Shown piece by piece: positions 51,101-63,455 of a stretch of DNA of 64,000 nt (its first letter is position 1; the number at the start of each line of letters is the position of its first letter). The notes beneath the pieces are model-generated. The model had not been told where the DNA came from. It was given only the letters and a program-made list of their open reading frames with translations, and did no database searches. Source of the DNA: Bugula neritina (taxonomy: Eukaryota; Animalia; Bryozoa); assembly GCA_964035545.1 (NCBI GenBank), contig OZ037765.1, forward strand, positions 186,001-250,000, read 5' to 3'. Position numbers and translations under genes: made by a program.

Positions 51101-54100
51101 ACCTGCTAGGCAAGGAATCTCATCTGTTTCCGTCTCGTCTTCTCCAGTCTTGTCGAGATACGTGGCCGGCACCCAACCTTCTAGTCCAGAGCAGGAGACG
51201 TACCACCAGCCTGCCAACAAACACTAACCAGTTAGATTAGGAACTCAGTATATACTCAACATTTATTCAATAGAAACAACTGGAAGTAACAAAGAAGATG
51301 TGACTCAACAGAGCAATTACTAACATTCTATTATATATTATATATTGTATATATTATCTATTGTATATATTATATATTGTATATACTATATATTGTATAT
51401 ATTATATATTGTATATACTATATATTGTATATATTATATATTGTATATACTATATATTGTATATATTATATATTGTATATACTATATATTGTATATACTA
51501 TATATTGTATATATTATATATTGTATATACTATATATTGTATATATTATATATTGTATATATTATATATTGTATATACTATATATTGTATATATTATATA
51601 TTGTATATATTATATATTGTATATACTATATATTGTATATATTATATATTGTATATACTATATATTGTATATATTATATATTGTATATATTATATATTGT
51701 ATATACTATATATTGTATATACTATATATTGTATATATTGTATATATTATATATTGTATATATTATATATTGTAGGGTGATAAGCAAGGAAATGTGACTA
51801 AAGACATGCACAGTGAGCTCTGAATCAGACAATCTCAGATAAACTTCTGCTGAACATAACAAAGAGAAAGAGATAAGCTATGTAAGCAATAAGTTACTAC
51901 TACAGCTACTAAACAACACGGGTGGGTACTAACACCCCCCACCTGAACACCCATTATACAGAGAAACTAACCATTTGGGTTCTTGTCTATCACATCCAGT
52001 ATATCTCCTTCTTGAAAGCTAATTTGAGCTTTTCCGACTGCTTTATACGAGGCGACAGCGACGTACGTCTGCAACTGTAGCGGGTTCGTTATTTCGAACT
52101 CTAGAACAGCATTAGCTCAATATACAGTATCAGAGTGACTCAGTATACAGTACCAGAGTGACTCAGTAGACAGTATCAGAGTGACTCAGTATACAGTATC
52201 AGAGTGACTCAGTATACAGTACCAGAGTGACTCAGCATACAGTACCAGAGTGACTCAGTATACAGTATCGGAGTGACTCAGTATACAGTACCAGAGTGAC
52301 TCAGCATACAGTACCAGAGTGACTCAGTAGACAGTACCAGAGTGACTCAGTATACAGTACCAGAGTGACTCAGTATACAGTACCAGAGTGACTCAGTATA
52401 CAGTACCAGAGTGACTCAGTAGACAGTATCAGAGTGACTCAGTATACAGTATCAGAGTGACTCAATATACAGTATCAGAGTGACTCAGTATACAGTATCA
52501 GAGTGACTCAGTATACAGTACCAGAGTGACTCAGTACACAGTATCAGAGTGATTCAGTATACAGTATCAGAGTGACTCAGTAGACAGTATCAGAGTGACT
52601 CAATATACAGTATCAGAGTGACTCAATATACAGTATCAGAGTGACTCAGTATACAGTACCAGAGTGACTCAATATACAGTATCAGAGTGACTCAGTATAC
52701 AGTATCAGAGTGACTCAGTATACAGTATCAGAGTGACTCAGTATACAGTATCAGAGTGACTCAGTATACAGTATCAGAGTGACTCAATATATAGTACCAG
52801 AGTGACTGTAGTAAATATCATAAATATAGCCTGTAAACAAAACACAGCTTTCCTTAAACATAATATAATATGAAGTATATAGAGTGACAGTGTCAATGAT
52901 TAATAGTAAATCCAGAAGAAATGTAGTGAGTCATTGAAAATGAGTCACATGATGTGAAAATCATGCTAAGGGGACCAAGTCATATACTCAAGTAGCCAAG
53001 TCATATACTCAAGTCACCAAGTCATATACTTAAGTCACCAAGTAATATACTCAAGTAATTAAGTTAAGTGAATGAATAAATAATTAAACTGAGTGATATG
53101 TCTAACTGTAGTATAAGAATCACAAGAGTAATATAAGAATCACAAGAGTAATATAAGAGACAACACAGCAGCAGAAACTAACCTAGCTCTGTAGTTCCAC
53201 GACTTTTCTTCTTTTTCTTCTTCAATTTCTTACCAATAGATGACAATGTAAGGGACTTCTTGGCTCTGTGAAACCAATTAATTTACTTATCTAATGACAA
53301 CAGACAAATACCACAACTAGAAACATCACAACTTAAGGAGGTCCAACTGTTGTCTGTGAACCAAATAATTATTTTATACTAAAGATATGAATTAAAATAA
53401 CTAACTTGCTGTCACTAGGTACATTTAAATCCTCCTCTTTGGGTTTAAGAAACTCAAGTAGTTTAGGGAACTGAGTGATCTTATCATGGAGGGCCATCAG
53501 TCTATTGCAATAGTCTGATATCTCCGTCCTTCTCTTCTCCGCTACTTTCTGTACTTCACTCCTCGAGAACAGAGATACACCTGCAGGATACACTCAGACT
53601 ATACACTCAGACTATACACTCAGACTATACACACAGACTATATACTCAGACTATATACTCAGACTATACACTCAGACTATACACTCGGACTATACACTCG
53701 GACTATATACTCAGACTATATATTCAGACTATATACTCAGACTATATACTCAGACTATATACTCAGACTATACACTCAGAAGATGTTAAGTAATTAAGTA
53801 TACTAAGTACCAGAATATATTAAGTAATCATTACATCTGCCCAATCACGTCTCTCCTAAGTACTACATTATGTCCAATCATATCTCTCCTACTACATTCT
53901 GTCCAATCACCTTTCTCCTAACATATCTCTCCTACTACATTCTGTCCAATCACCTTTCTCCAATCATATCTTTCCTATTACATTCTGTCCAATGACGTCT
54001 CTCCTAACACACTACAGAAAAACTAACAAGAATTACCTGAAAGTTTGGGCAGAATTCTCTGCTCCGGGTTGATTTCTCCGGCCTCCACAGGAAATGCATC

Positions 54101-55709
54101 TAATAGCTCCATCTGTGGGCAGAGAATTGTGGGAAATATCAGTAAATATGAGTGACGGCATCAGAAAAATGTAAATGCAGATTTTAACCACAAGAGGAGT
54201 TGCAGTTGAAGAGACGAGTTGAAACTTACAAGAGATGAAGTTTATTCAGCACATAAAATGGGCTAGATTTATATTCTGAGAAGTAGGGAGGAGAAAGGAA
54301 GGGGCAGAGGCTAAATCTATACTGATATATTTTATAATAATACAGTTGGTGTAAACAGGAAATATATTATGTTGAAATTCGATGATTGATGTAATAAATG
54401 TGTTGGAAATTTCGGGACAATTACACCAGTACATTGAAACTACGGGAACTATATTATAGTGTGACGTGTGCTGTGGACTATTGAATTAACTTGTGTTCAC
54501 TCATGCATGAAATTGATGACTCATACAAGGAAAGCCGCTGCCTGCTGGATATATGACACAAACAGTGTCACATAAACATCAACAACATAGACATAAGTTG
54601 TGGGTGTAAGTTTTAAAATTACAACTCTCTACATATAAACACAGTAGAGAAAGATAATCATATCTAAATACTATTTAAATCATTTACTTTGATTCCTAAA
54701 ACATTTCACTTGCATGAGATAGTGAAATCATGCATTGTTCTCCCTTGTCCTGTTGGATATCTCTTTATTCACTAATAAAATAGCTCAGCATTTCAAACAA
54801 CTCTTTCTATTCAATTATCTAACAACTCAGCACATACAAGATAAGCTTTAAGAATGAGTGTAATTAAATGATAGACTCTTTGTATGGTATATCATATCAG
54901 CTAGTATATACTGTATAATCAGCTAGTATATACTGTATAATCAGGTAGTATATACTGTATAATCAGGTAGTATATACTGTATAATCAGGTAGTATATACT
55001 GTATAATCAGATAGTATATACTGTATAATCAGCTAGTATATACTGTATAATCAGATAGTATATACTGTATAATCAGATAGTATATACTGTATAATCAGCT
55101 AGTATATATTGTATAATCAAATAGTATATACTGTATAATCAGATAGTATATACTGTATAATCAGATAGTATATACTGTATAATCAGATAGTATATACTGT
55201 ATAATCAGATAGTATATACTGTATAATCAGATAGTATATACTGTATAATCAGATAGTATATACTGTATAATCAGATAGTATATACTGTATAATCAGATAG
55301 TATATACTGTATAATCAGATAGTATATACTGTATAATCAGATAGTATATACTGTATAATCAGCTAGTATATACAGTATATAATCCACTCACATGCATCTC
55401 CAGGAACTCACTGTAGGATCTGTAGACAACATATTTAGATTTGTCTGACCAGGTTACTTCCAGCACAAATTTCTAAAATATCAAACAGCCTTTAGATGGA
55501 GATACTCCACTCCTCTACTCCTCTATTAGACACAAACTTTATAACTTTAGAACCCTCTTTGCTATATCAAAGTATCAAACCCTACTATATCAAGAAGTTG
55601 ACTTTCCAAAGCTGCATTTGATTGGCTAACATTCACTTACGTAACACCTGGTTGGTTGATATCTCTTCTCCACATTCCTCACAGCAATAGAGACAGCACT
55701 TCTGGTCAT
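45184..55709 (-). CDS. PX-SH3-SH3 NADPH-oxidase organizer, p47phox (NCF1)/Tks (SH3PXD2)-like, with a long Pro/Tyr-rich tail; ~13-14 exons
   Basis: PX domain: VEKRYQPTRCYKFVLEVTWSD...VYRSYSEFLEMH...FPVEAGEINPEQRILPKL...AEKRRTEISDYC. SH3a: YVAVASY...DKNPNGWWYV...GWVPATYL. SH3b: DELSF...LDGWWIA...GYVPSTYL. These are followed by PTPRRQSI. Confidence 0.88.
45913..46827. repeat. Composite intronic minisatellite built on CTACTCACTATCAGTCAC with higher-order periodicity
   Basis: Direct inspection; explains three 320-350 aa ORFs. Confidence 0.95.
47066..47188. repeat. ~31-bp minisatellite adjacent to an acceptor, 4 copies
   Basis: Direct inspection. Confidence 0.85.
47193..47469 (-). repeat. 22-bp minisatellite equal to the exon end plus the donor, ~12 copies
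   Basis: Gene-strand unit TAGCTCCTCCCACA|GTAAGTGC. Confidence 0.97.
47556..47836. repeat. 16-bp intronic minisatellite (TATACAGTATTACATA) abutting an acceptor
   Basis: Direct inspection. Confidence 0.9.
48511..49180. repeat. 30-bp intronic minisatellite containing GATTGGCT (CCAAT box), ~22 copies
   Basis: Starts a few nt after the donor at 49186. Confidence 0.95.
49422..50597 (-). repeat. 27-bp intronic minisatellite anchored on the acceptor, ~43 copies
   Basis: Gene-strand unit TCTAAGGACTATATACTCACACTGTAG; real acceptor TACTGCAG|. Confidence 0.95.
50762..51063. repeat. 31-bp intronic minisatellite abutting an acceptor, ~10 copies
   Basis: Direct inspection. Confidence 0.9.
51329..51774. 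repeat. 18-bp AT-rich intronic minisatellite (TATATATTGTATATA(C/T)TA-type)
   Basis: Direct inspection. Confidence 0.9.
52116..52808. repeat. 23-bp intronic minisatellite containing TGACTCA, ~30 copies
   Basis: Direct inspection. Confidence 0.95.
53588..53780. repeat. 13-bp intronic minisatellite (ACTCAGACTATAC) abutting an acceptor
   Basis: Direct inspection. Confidence 0.9.
54896..55384. repeat. 22-bp intronic minisatellite (ATCAGATAGTATATACTGTATA) abutting a donor, ~22 copies
   Basis: Direct inspection. Confidence 0.95.
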
Positions 55710-56378
55710 GGTGAGCTGCCTGGAGTAAGCTCAGATGGTCTAACAACATACACAGACAGGTTATACCCCACAATGCATTGTCAACTAGCTGCTAGGAGGA
55801 GTCATCTTCTAGAGGTCAAAGGTTAATCTCCAGAAAGAATGAGTCACATAAGACTGGTTAGGGACTTCCTAGAAGCCAAATCTAGTCCCTTTAGAAAGAC
55901 TAGTAGGGAACACTGAACAGGGTTAGAATGTCAATAATATGGAATGAATAAAACAAAATGATAGCGGTAGAAGCACTATAGAATAAACTAGTGTAAAAGA
56001 ATGGTAAAAAATTAAAATCATAACAAATAGACATCGTTTTGTACATCTATTTTACTTTTATTTATACATATATTAAATTATTCTATTACGTTAATTGTAT
56101 CATTAGCCACAACTGAGTAACTCCCAATTCTGCACATCTAGAGCCAAGTTTGAGAGACGACTTGACAGAGTTATAGTAGAACATATTGGTTATATAGCAG
56201 ATAGCATACTTACTATACAGTGTACGTATTATTCATTACTGTACTTACTATAAACTGTACGTATTATTCATTACTGTACTTACTATACACTGTAAATACT
56301 ATTTCCTGTATGTTGTATAAAATCTGCATGGATTTGATAAAACCTCTAGTTTCCTAATACTGATGGTCACACTGAAAG

Positions 56379-56676
56379 TATAGTGCTGTACATAGTCATA
56401 GTACAGTACATAGTCATAGTACAGTAAATAGTCATAGTGCAGTACATAGTCATAGTACTGTATATAGTCATAGTACTGTATATAGTCATAGTACATAGTC
56501 ATAGTGCTGTACATAGTCATAGTACATAGTCATAGTGCTGTACATAGTCATAGTACATAGTCATAGTACAGTATATAGTCATAGTGCTGTATATAGTCAT
56601 AGTACTGTACACAGTCATAGTACTGTACACAGTCATAGTACTGTACACAGTCATAGTACTGTATATAGTCATAGTG
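56379..56676. repeat. 18-bp minisatellite (CATAGTACTGTACATAGT) upstream of the PX-SH3 coding start
   Basis: Direct inspection. Confidence 0.9.
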
Positions 56677-58397
56677 ATGTGTTCGCAAGTGTTTATTTCT
56701 TGTCAAAATTCGAAGCTATTCTACTTCAACTTGCCAGTAAAATAAATGTCATAAACTAAGAACAATAATAACACAGAGCAATTAATTTATTTACTAATTA
56801 CACACCTGGGGATAGATTCAGGAACTCTTGCTCGAACCAGACTGCTATCCACTGGCTCGAACCAGGCTGTTTATCACTGGAGTGCACTGGAGAATTACTC
56901 ACTAACACGTATCCACTCAGGGTCGCCTCACTAAGAAACTAACCTATATACAATCCAGGCCTGTCACAGCCTTCTCGTGTTCCCAATTATATAATGACTG
57001 GCTGAGCCTCAGATTTCATTGTGTTTACCCAGCTAACAATTCCTAAAGATGATTTGCTTAGCTTTTGTGCCAATTCATAGTGCATACGCAATACACCCTC
57101 AAATATATCACAGCAGTAGGCTGGTGCCAGGAGTGGCTTTAGATAGTCATACTGGGGGGAGGGGTTAGTTAAAGTAATAAAACTCGACAGCTTTGTTATT
57201 AGAAAAGCTTTTTTACCTTTACCTAGTGCACAGCTTAGCATGTAAACAAGTAGTGTACTCGGCTAGTCGTGCATATTACTGATATTAGTATTCTACTAGC
57301 TAGGGGGTGGTGTCACTGGATCCACTCCTGAATAGCCTCACTACTCTAAGATATAGTACAGATTAATGCAGTGGAATAACTCATGCTATGAAGTCACAAA
57401 CCGAGGTGAGAATTCCTGCAAACGTCAATAATAACAAGGAAAATAATACACAACTCTAACTGATCAATATAACAGCTAATACTCAATATAACACCTTATA
57501 CTCAATATAACAGCTAATACTCAATATAACACGTTAGTCATTTTAGGTTACAGCTACAAGCATTGCAGCTTTCTTAGTGATATTTGTACAGTAGTCTATC
57601 ATAAATTCTATTATATTATATTATATTATACTATATTATATTATATTGATGGTAATGGAGTTATCTCCCTCACCCAAAGCAGCAACTGGTGATACTCTGA
57701 CAACACAAACACTAAACAATGTCTAGTTTCAATACTCCCAACAGTAGAAGCTGCACAATCTGCCAACCCAAACCACCATGATCTGCTCCTAATTAGTAGA
57801 ACAGTTCCCAGGCTATCTTATACAATTTACATTATGTCTTTCAGAGTTATTCTCTCTCTTCAGCTATGCGCAAGACGAACACCCTTTAGGTGAGAAAGAG
57901 TTATTTTCTCTCTGCACTTCTCATTGGCTATTTTAGGAGTTGTCAACACAGTAAACAAACTCGTAGCACCAGGTTTTGTTGTAAGTCTAGCAGACTAACT
58001 GACTGAAACAGTTGATTTAATTCTTGGAAGTGCAAAGACAATATGAGTTACATTTGTTTGAGAGATTCTCAAATATTGATGTACCAACAATATTACAACT
58101 GTATAATATTATAATACTATAGCAGTATAGTGATATATTATTCAAGTATTACATTGTACTATAATTTAATTGAAGCAGATGCAGTGCAACGCAGCCAAAT
58201 GATGTGAATTCAGCTCCCTGCAGAGCTTTACTGAAAATAATTTGAAGAGTAACTGGATTATTCGAAATTTGTGAAATATTTGAAAAATGTACAGAAAAAC
58301 TAGCAAAGTAAAAGGAAATATATTAAGACTAGTAGACTATAGTGATATCTTGCCCCTGAGAGTTGAACTAGCAAGCTGATGGGGAAAGGAGTGGCTG

Positions 58398-61300
58398 ATG
58401 GATAGGAAACTAACATCACAGTTCTTAGAGAGGTGAATTGTAGCTCTGATACTCTGCACACTAACATAAGTATCTGTTATGTAGAGGGAGTCAGTAAACT
58501 GAGTGAGAGTGAACTAGTAAACTGAGTGAGAGTGAACTAGTAAACTGAGTGAAAGTGAACTAGTAAACTGAGTGAGAGTGAACTAGTAAACTGAGTGAGA
58601 GTGAACTAGTAAACTGAGTGAGAGTGAGAAAAGATAAAACATAGTCACATATTTTTTACAGAGCAGATGAGAGCAGCTTCACTCAGCCTGGAATCCTACC
58701 GGAATACTGGTATAAGTTTAGTCTGGGTAGCAGTGGTGTGAGAGTACTGAATGGGTTGAGTGGTGAAGAAATAAGGCTAAATACAGAACTGGATGTCAAG
58801 GAATCGGAAGTGTGGCTAGAAAGTTGGTCACATGACTCTTACACTAGACTATACGGCCTAACTGAAGGTGTGTCACATGACAACTATACTGTGTCACATG
58901 ACAACTATACTGTGTCACATGACAACTATACTGTGTCACATGACAACTATACTGTGTCACATGACAACTATACTGTGTCACATGACAACTATAATGTGTC
59001 ACATGACAACTATACTGTGTCACATGACAACTATACTGTGTCACATGACAACTATAATGTGTCACATGACAACTATACTGCGTCACATGACAACTATACT
59101 GCGTCACATGACAACTATACTGCGTCACATGACAACTATACTGCGTCACATGACAACTATAATGTGTCACATGACAACTATACTGTGTCACATATTTGTT
59201 TTTGCAGAGAATTTCTGGGAATATTATGAAAAAGGGAAGATAAAGGAACAAGTAAGAATATGTGATGGGATGTTGTTCACCACTATGCTGGAACACCTGA
59301 TAGAGTTGGGTCGGAGAGGGGAGATAACTTCACTGTCAACCTGTTACTATGATGCTGAACCTGGGAGTAACGCTGCCTATGGAACTGCTGCCTTACAGAA
59401 AGTAAGTGTGACTAATACTATACTCTATACTAGTTAACAATTGTCCAGAGTTCATATAATAATGGAGACATTGACAATATATTCACAGTACTTGCAGCCG
59501 GTGAGACAACTCCAAAACAAGAAAAAGAAGATAAAGAAATCAGACATGACGGTACCCTTCAACTGGCAGACACCGTATGTGAGGAAATTCATCTGTAAGA
59601 GTTTCTATCCATCCAGCAGTGATGCTGAGATAAGGAGTTGCCACTCTACTGCAGTACAGAGGGAAGGACAAATCTCAAACAAGCTCAGAAAGTGAGACAA
59701 CTCTAAACACATGTAAATCTGTCAGTGCAAATGTTGATATATTCACAGGAAGTACTAACTAGCATTGTGGAATAATTTCAGTTCCTTCATGACTAAAAGA
59801 CTGGAGACAGCTAGAGTACATTCTAGAACAATGTTTGCCTCGAGGGCAGCCAGGGGAGATTATGACCGACAAGACACGCAAAACACTCCAAAACGTGGCT
59901 CCGTCTCTCGGAAGCTGAAGACTTCAACGGAGATAGCCAAGTCACCAACAATGTCCCCCAAAACAAAGACTCCGGTGAACCTGAGTAGAACTGACTTGGG
60001 AGCCAATTTCTACAGGAAGCTAGGTACTGTTGTCATAGTAACAAGGTGTTGTTATCATGTAACAATGCTCAGTTGCCATAATAAAAATGCTGTCTCAACA
60101 ACATATAGTATAGCCACAACATCACAATGCAGTAGTGAATATTTAAGTAAACAGCAACATAATTATATAGTAACCATAGCAACTAGATATAGTAAACATA
60201 GCCACTCAATATGGTAGTCATAGCAACTAAACATGGTAACCATAGCAACTAGATATACAAAGATGGGGTAGACCAGATGATACCAGAGAGCTTCTTTATT
60301 TTAGCCAATCACAGACTGCAACACTTACTCAATTTTGACGACTCACCAAAAGAGGAAGTAAATAATGAAACAGGAAGTGACACGGACATATCTACAGACG
60401 ATCAAGGTCAAGGTCAAAATATTGTAGAGCCACTGTTACCTCATTTCTTGTACGACAGGTGAGTTTATTATCGTATGTGAATTAGCTAGACATCTGGACG
60501 ATATAGTGTAGCATATCATACAATTATATTACACAACATCATACGATTATATTACACAATATCATACGATTATATTACACAATACCATACGATTATATTA
60601 CACAATATCATACGATTATATTACACTATATGATATGATTATATTACACAATATCATATGATTATATTACACAATACCATACGATTATATTACACAATAT
60701 CATACGATTATATTACACAATATCATACGATTATATTACACTATATGATATGATTATATTACACAATATCATACGATTATATTACACAATACCATACGAT
60801 TATATTACACAATATCATACGATTATATTACACTATATGATATGATTATATTACACAATATCATATGATTATATTACACAATATCATACGATTATATTAC
60901 ACAATATCAAATGATTATATTACACAATACCATACGATTATATTACACAATACCATATGATTATATTACACTATATGATATGATTATATTACACAATATC
61001 ATATGATTATATTACACAATATCATATGATTATATTACACGATATCATACGATTATATTACACAATATCATACGATTATATTACACAATATCATATGATT
61101 ATATTACACAATATCATATGATTATATTACACAATATCATATGATTATATTACACAATATCATACGATTATATTACACTATATGATATGATTATATTACA
61201 CAATATCATATGATTATATTACACAATATCATATGATTATATTACACGATATCATACGATTATATTACACGATATCATACGATTATATTACACAATATCA

Positions 61301-62798
61301 TACGATTATATTACACAATATCATACGATTATATTACACAATATCATATGATTATATTACACAATATCATACGATTATATTACACTATATGATATGATTA
61401 TATTACACAATATCATATGATTATATGCACAGACACTGTCTACTTAAAGATCCCCCACGCCGTCTAGACAAGACGGAGAGCCACAAATAAGAGGTGTTAA
61501 GACTTCAGTCGTTGAGACAGAAGTTGAACACCAGAACCTCTCAACTCCCTCAGAGATACCAGAAGCTGATCTGGTGGTGTGGCTGGAGCAGCAGAACAGA
61601 GCTTCTAGTGTGAGACGAGGTGCAGGTAACTGAATACAATATAGTTGTATCACACCTCCACACTTCACTACCTGGCTAGAGTTGAAACACTTGTTATATC
61701 ACAGGTGTGAGAAAGTTTAGCCACAGAACCTCAGAGGTAGCCAGTACGGTGGTGTCCCCTACTCCGCCCCACCCGTCATACCCACCAGTTAGGGTCAGAC
61801 AGCCCCTGGTGAGTGGAGCTGAGAGAAGGAAAAGCTCCCTGCACACCGTGATGCCCACTCTGTCGGAGTGTAAGAAGAGAGGAAATACAAGCCCTAAAGA
61901 GATGAGATGGTACGTGTGACTCCACAGCTGTTATATGCAGGAAACCTGCCCATCTGATGAGTGAGTAATGTGTTACATGGTTACAGTACAACCTAACTCT
62001 TGCAGGCGGATGAATACGAAGAATACGAGTAAACAGTGCCACAACCGCGCGGGAACGGAGAGCAAGTCAGCAAAGAAATACACAGCTGTAAAGATACTGG
62101 AGCTGCCACAGCAGCTTCCGGAAAGTATGATGTAGAAATTGTATCAAACTATTCTGTAGGCTAATCTCATAACTATGGGTAACCATGGTAACACACTCTG
62201 TTTATTGGAAGGGCAGAGGGAGGACAGAAGAGTGAAGGGGACTCTATGGAAGCAGTAGATGGGGAGAGTGAGAGAGAGTTAATTGATGAGCCAGAAAATG
62301 AAAAGCTGAGTAAGTACTACAGTGTGGTTATATACAGTGTAAGTACATACAGTGTAAGTACATACAGTGTAAGTACATACAGTGTAAGTACATACAGTGT
62401 AAGTACTACAGTGTAAGTACCACAGTGTAAGTACTGCAGTGTAAGTACATACAGTGTAAGTACCCAACAGACACTAGAGGAGAGAGTACGTCCAGGTATG
62501 ACCCTGATAGCTGTAGCCTCTGTTGGTAGTCACTGGCAGAGTGTCCTTCCAGCCCACCAGAGTAAACAAGCCCTCTCTGGCCTCCTCTGGCAAGAAGTCA
62601 ATAAGGAAAAACTCCCTCCCAGAGCCGAGAGGGAACTCCCTTCCAGAGCCGAGAGGGAACTTCCTGTCAGACTCGGTGAGACAGAAGTCAGCGTTGAATC
62701 TAGACTGCGAGTTTGAGAGTACAGAAGCACCTTTCAATGTTAAGCAGCAGTTACAGCAGCAGATAAGAAAGCTTGGCGCACTAACTCCAGCCATGAAG
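58398..62798 (+). CDS. Multi-exon gene of unknown function (largely Ser/Arg/Lys-rich), probably continuing beyond 62798
   Basis: Phase-consistent first exons MDRKLTSQFLER|ADESSFTQPGILPEYWYKF...YGLTE|ENFWEYYEKG...AALQK|YLQPVRQL..., then further GT-AG-bounded open blocks to the donor at 62799. No recognised domain. Confidence 0.65.
58493..58628. repeat. 23-bp intronic minisatellite (AGTAAACTGAGTGAGAGTGAACT), ~6 copies
   Basis: Direct inspection. Confidence 0.9.
58870..59193 (+). repeat. 21-bp intronic minisatellite (GTGTCACATGACAACTATACT), ~15 copies
   Basis: Occupies ~324 of the 340 nt of intron 58868-59207. Confidence 0.95.
60513..61428. repeat. 23-bp intronic minisatellite (ATATCATACGATTATATTACACA), ~40 copies, ending at an acceptor
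   Basis: Direct inspection. Confidence 0.95.
62310..62463 (+). repeat. 14-15-bp intronic minisatellite starting at the donor (GTAAGTACATACAGT)
   Basis: Fills intron 62310-62470. Confidence 0.9.
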
Positions 62799-63094
62799 GT
62801 ACAATTGTCATGCTCTTCTTGGACACATTGTTGACGTAATTTTATTTAAACCAAGAGTTATCCCAGTTTAATTCTAATGTATTAGAGTTTTGTTTTGCCG
62901 ATTTGTGTAAATGTTGCTTCAGTTAACTACAGGGAAAGTTTTTTAACTAAGCAACTGGAAGTATTGTGTTATAGTCTAGAAGTAACCTCCAATTATCTTT
63001 CACTCATTACACTCCGAGGGGTGGCCACACAATTTTTTTAGAAATGGAGAGTTTGAAGGGTTCTAATAATTCTGTGAAAACTCTAGACTGTTCT

Positions 63095-63455
63095 GTGCAC
63101 CCAGTTAGCCACAAAAGCGCTTCAAACTTTTAAATTGAATCAGGAGTTGTCTTCTCTTAACGTTTTTGTGAATCGGCTAAATATCTTGGAATTATTCAAG
63201 CTAATTTATTTTATATAAGCAAAATAATTTTGCTGATAATTATAGATACTTTTTTCACTTTTCTGTGTTAAAAACTCTAAATTTTTTGTCCACCCACTTA
63301 GTCACAAAAGCTCTTTAAACTTTTACAGGAGTTGTTTCCCCACAACTTTGTCCAAATCCATTAAATATTATCTTGGAATTATTGAAGCTAGTTTATTATA
63401 TATACAAGCAAAAACTTTTGCAGATAATCATAGATGTATTTTTCACTTCTCTGAG
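63095..63455. repeat. Diverged ~190-bp tandem duplication, possibly an old repeat fragment
   Basis: CACAAAAG...GGAGTTGT...TCTTGGAATTATT...CACTT occurs twice (~63100-63265 and ~63293-63455). Confidence 0.6.

Noticed and set aside
5450-61428. Regularly spaced repeats as CRISPR arrays
   Set aside because: Units are contiguous with no unique spacers, there are no cas genes, and the context is eukaryotic
4380-63340. Recurrent GGAGTT(G/A)TCTCCC-like motif at scattered sites (e.g. ~28990, 29483, 57657, 63141)
   Set aside because: Too short and degenerate to define an element by eye; needs a genome-wide count
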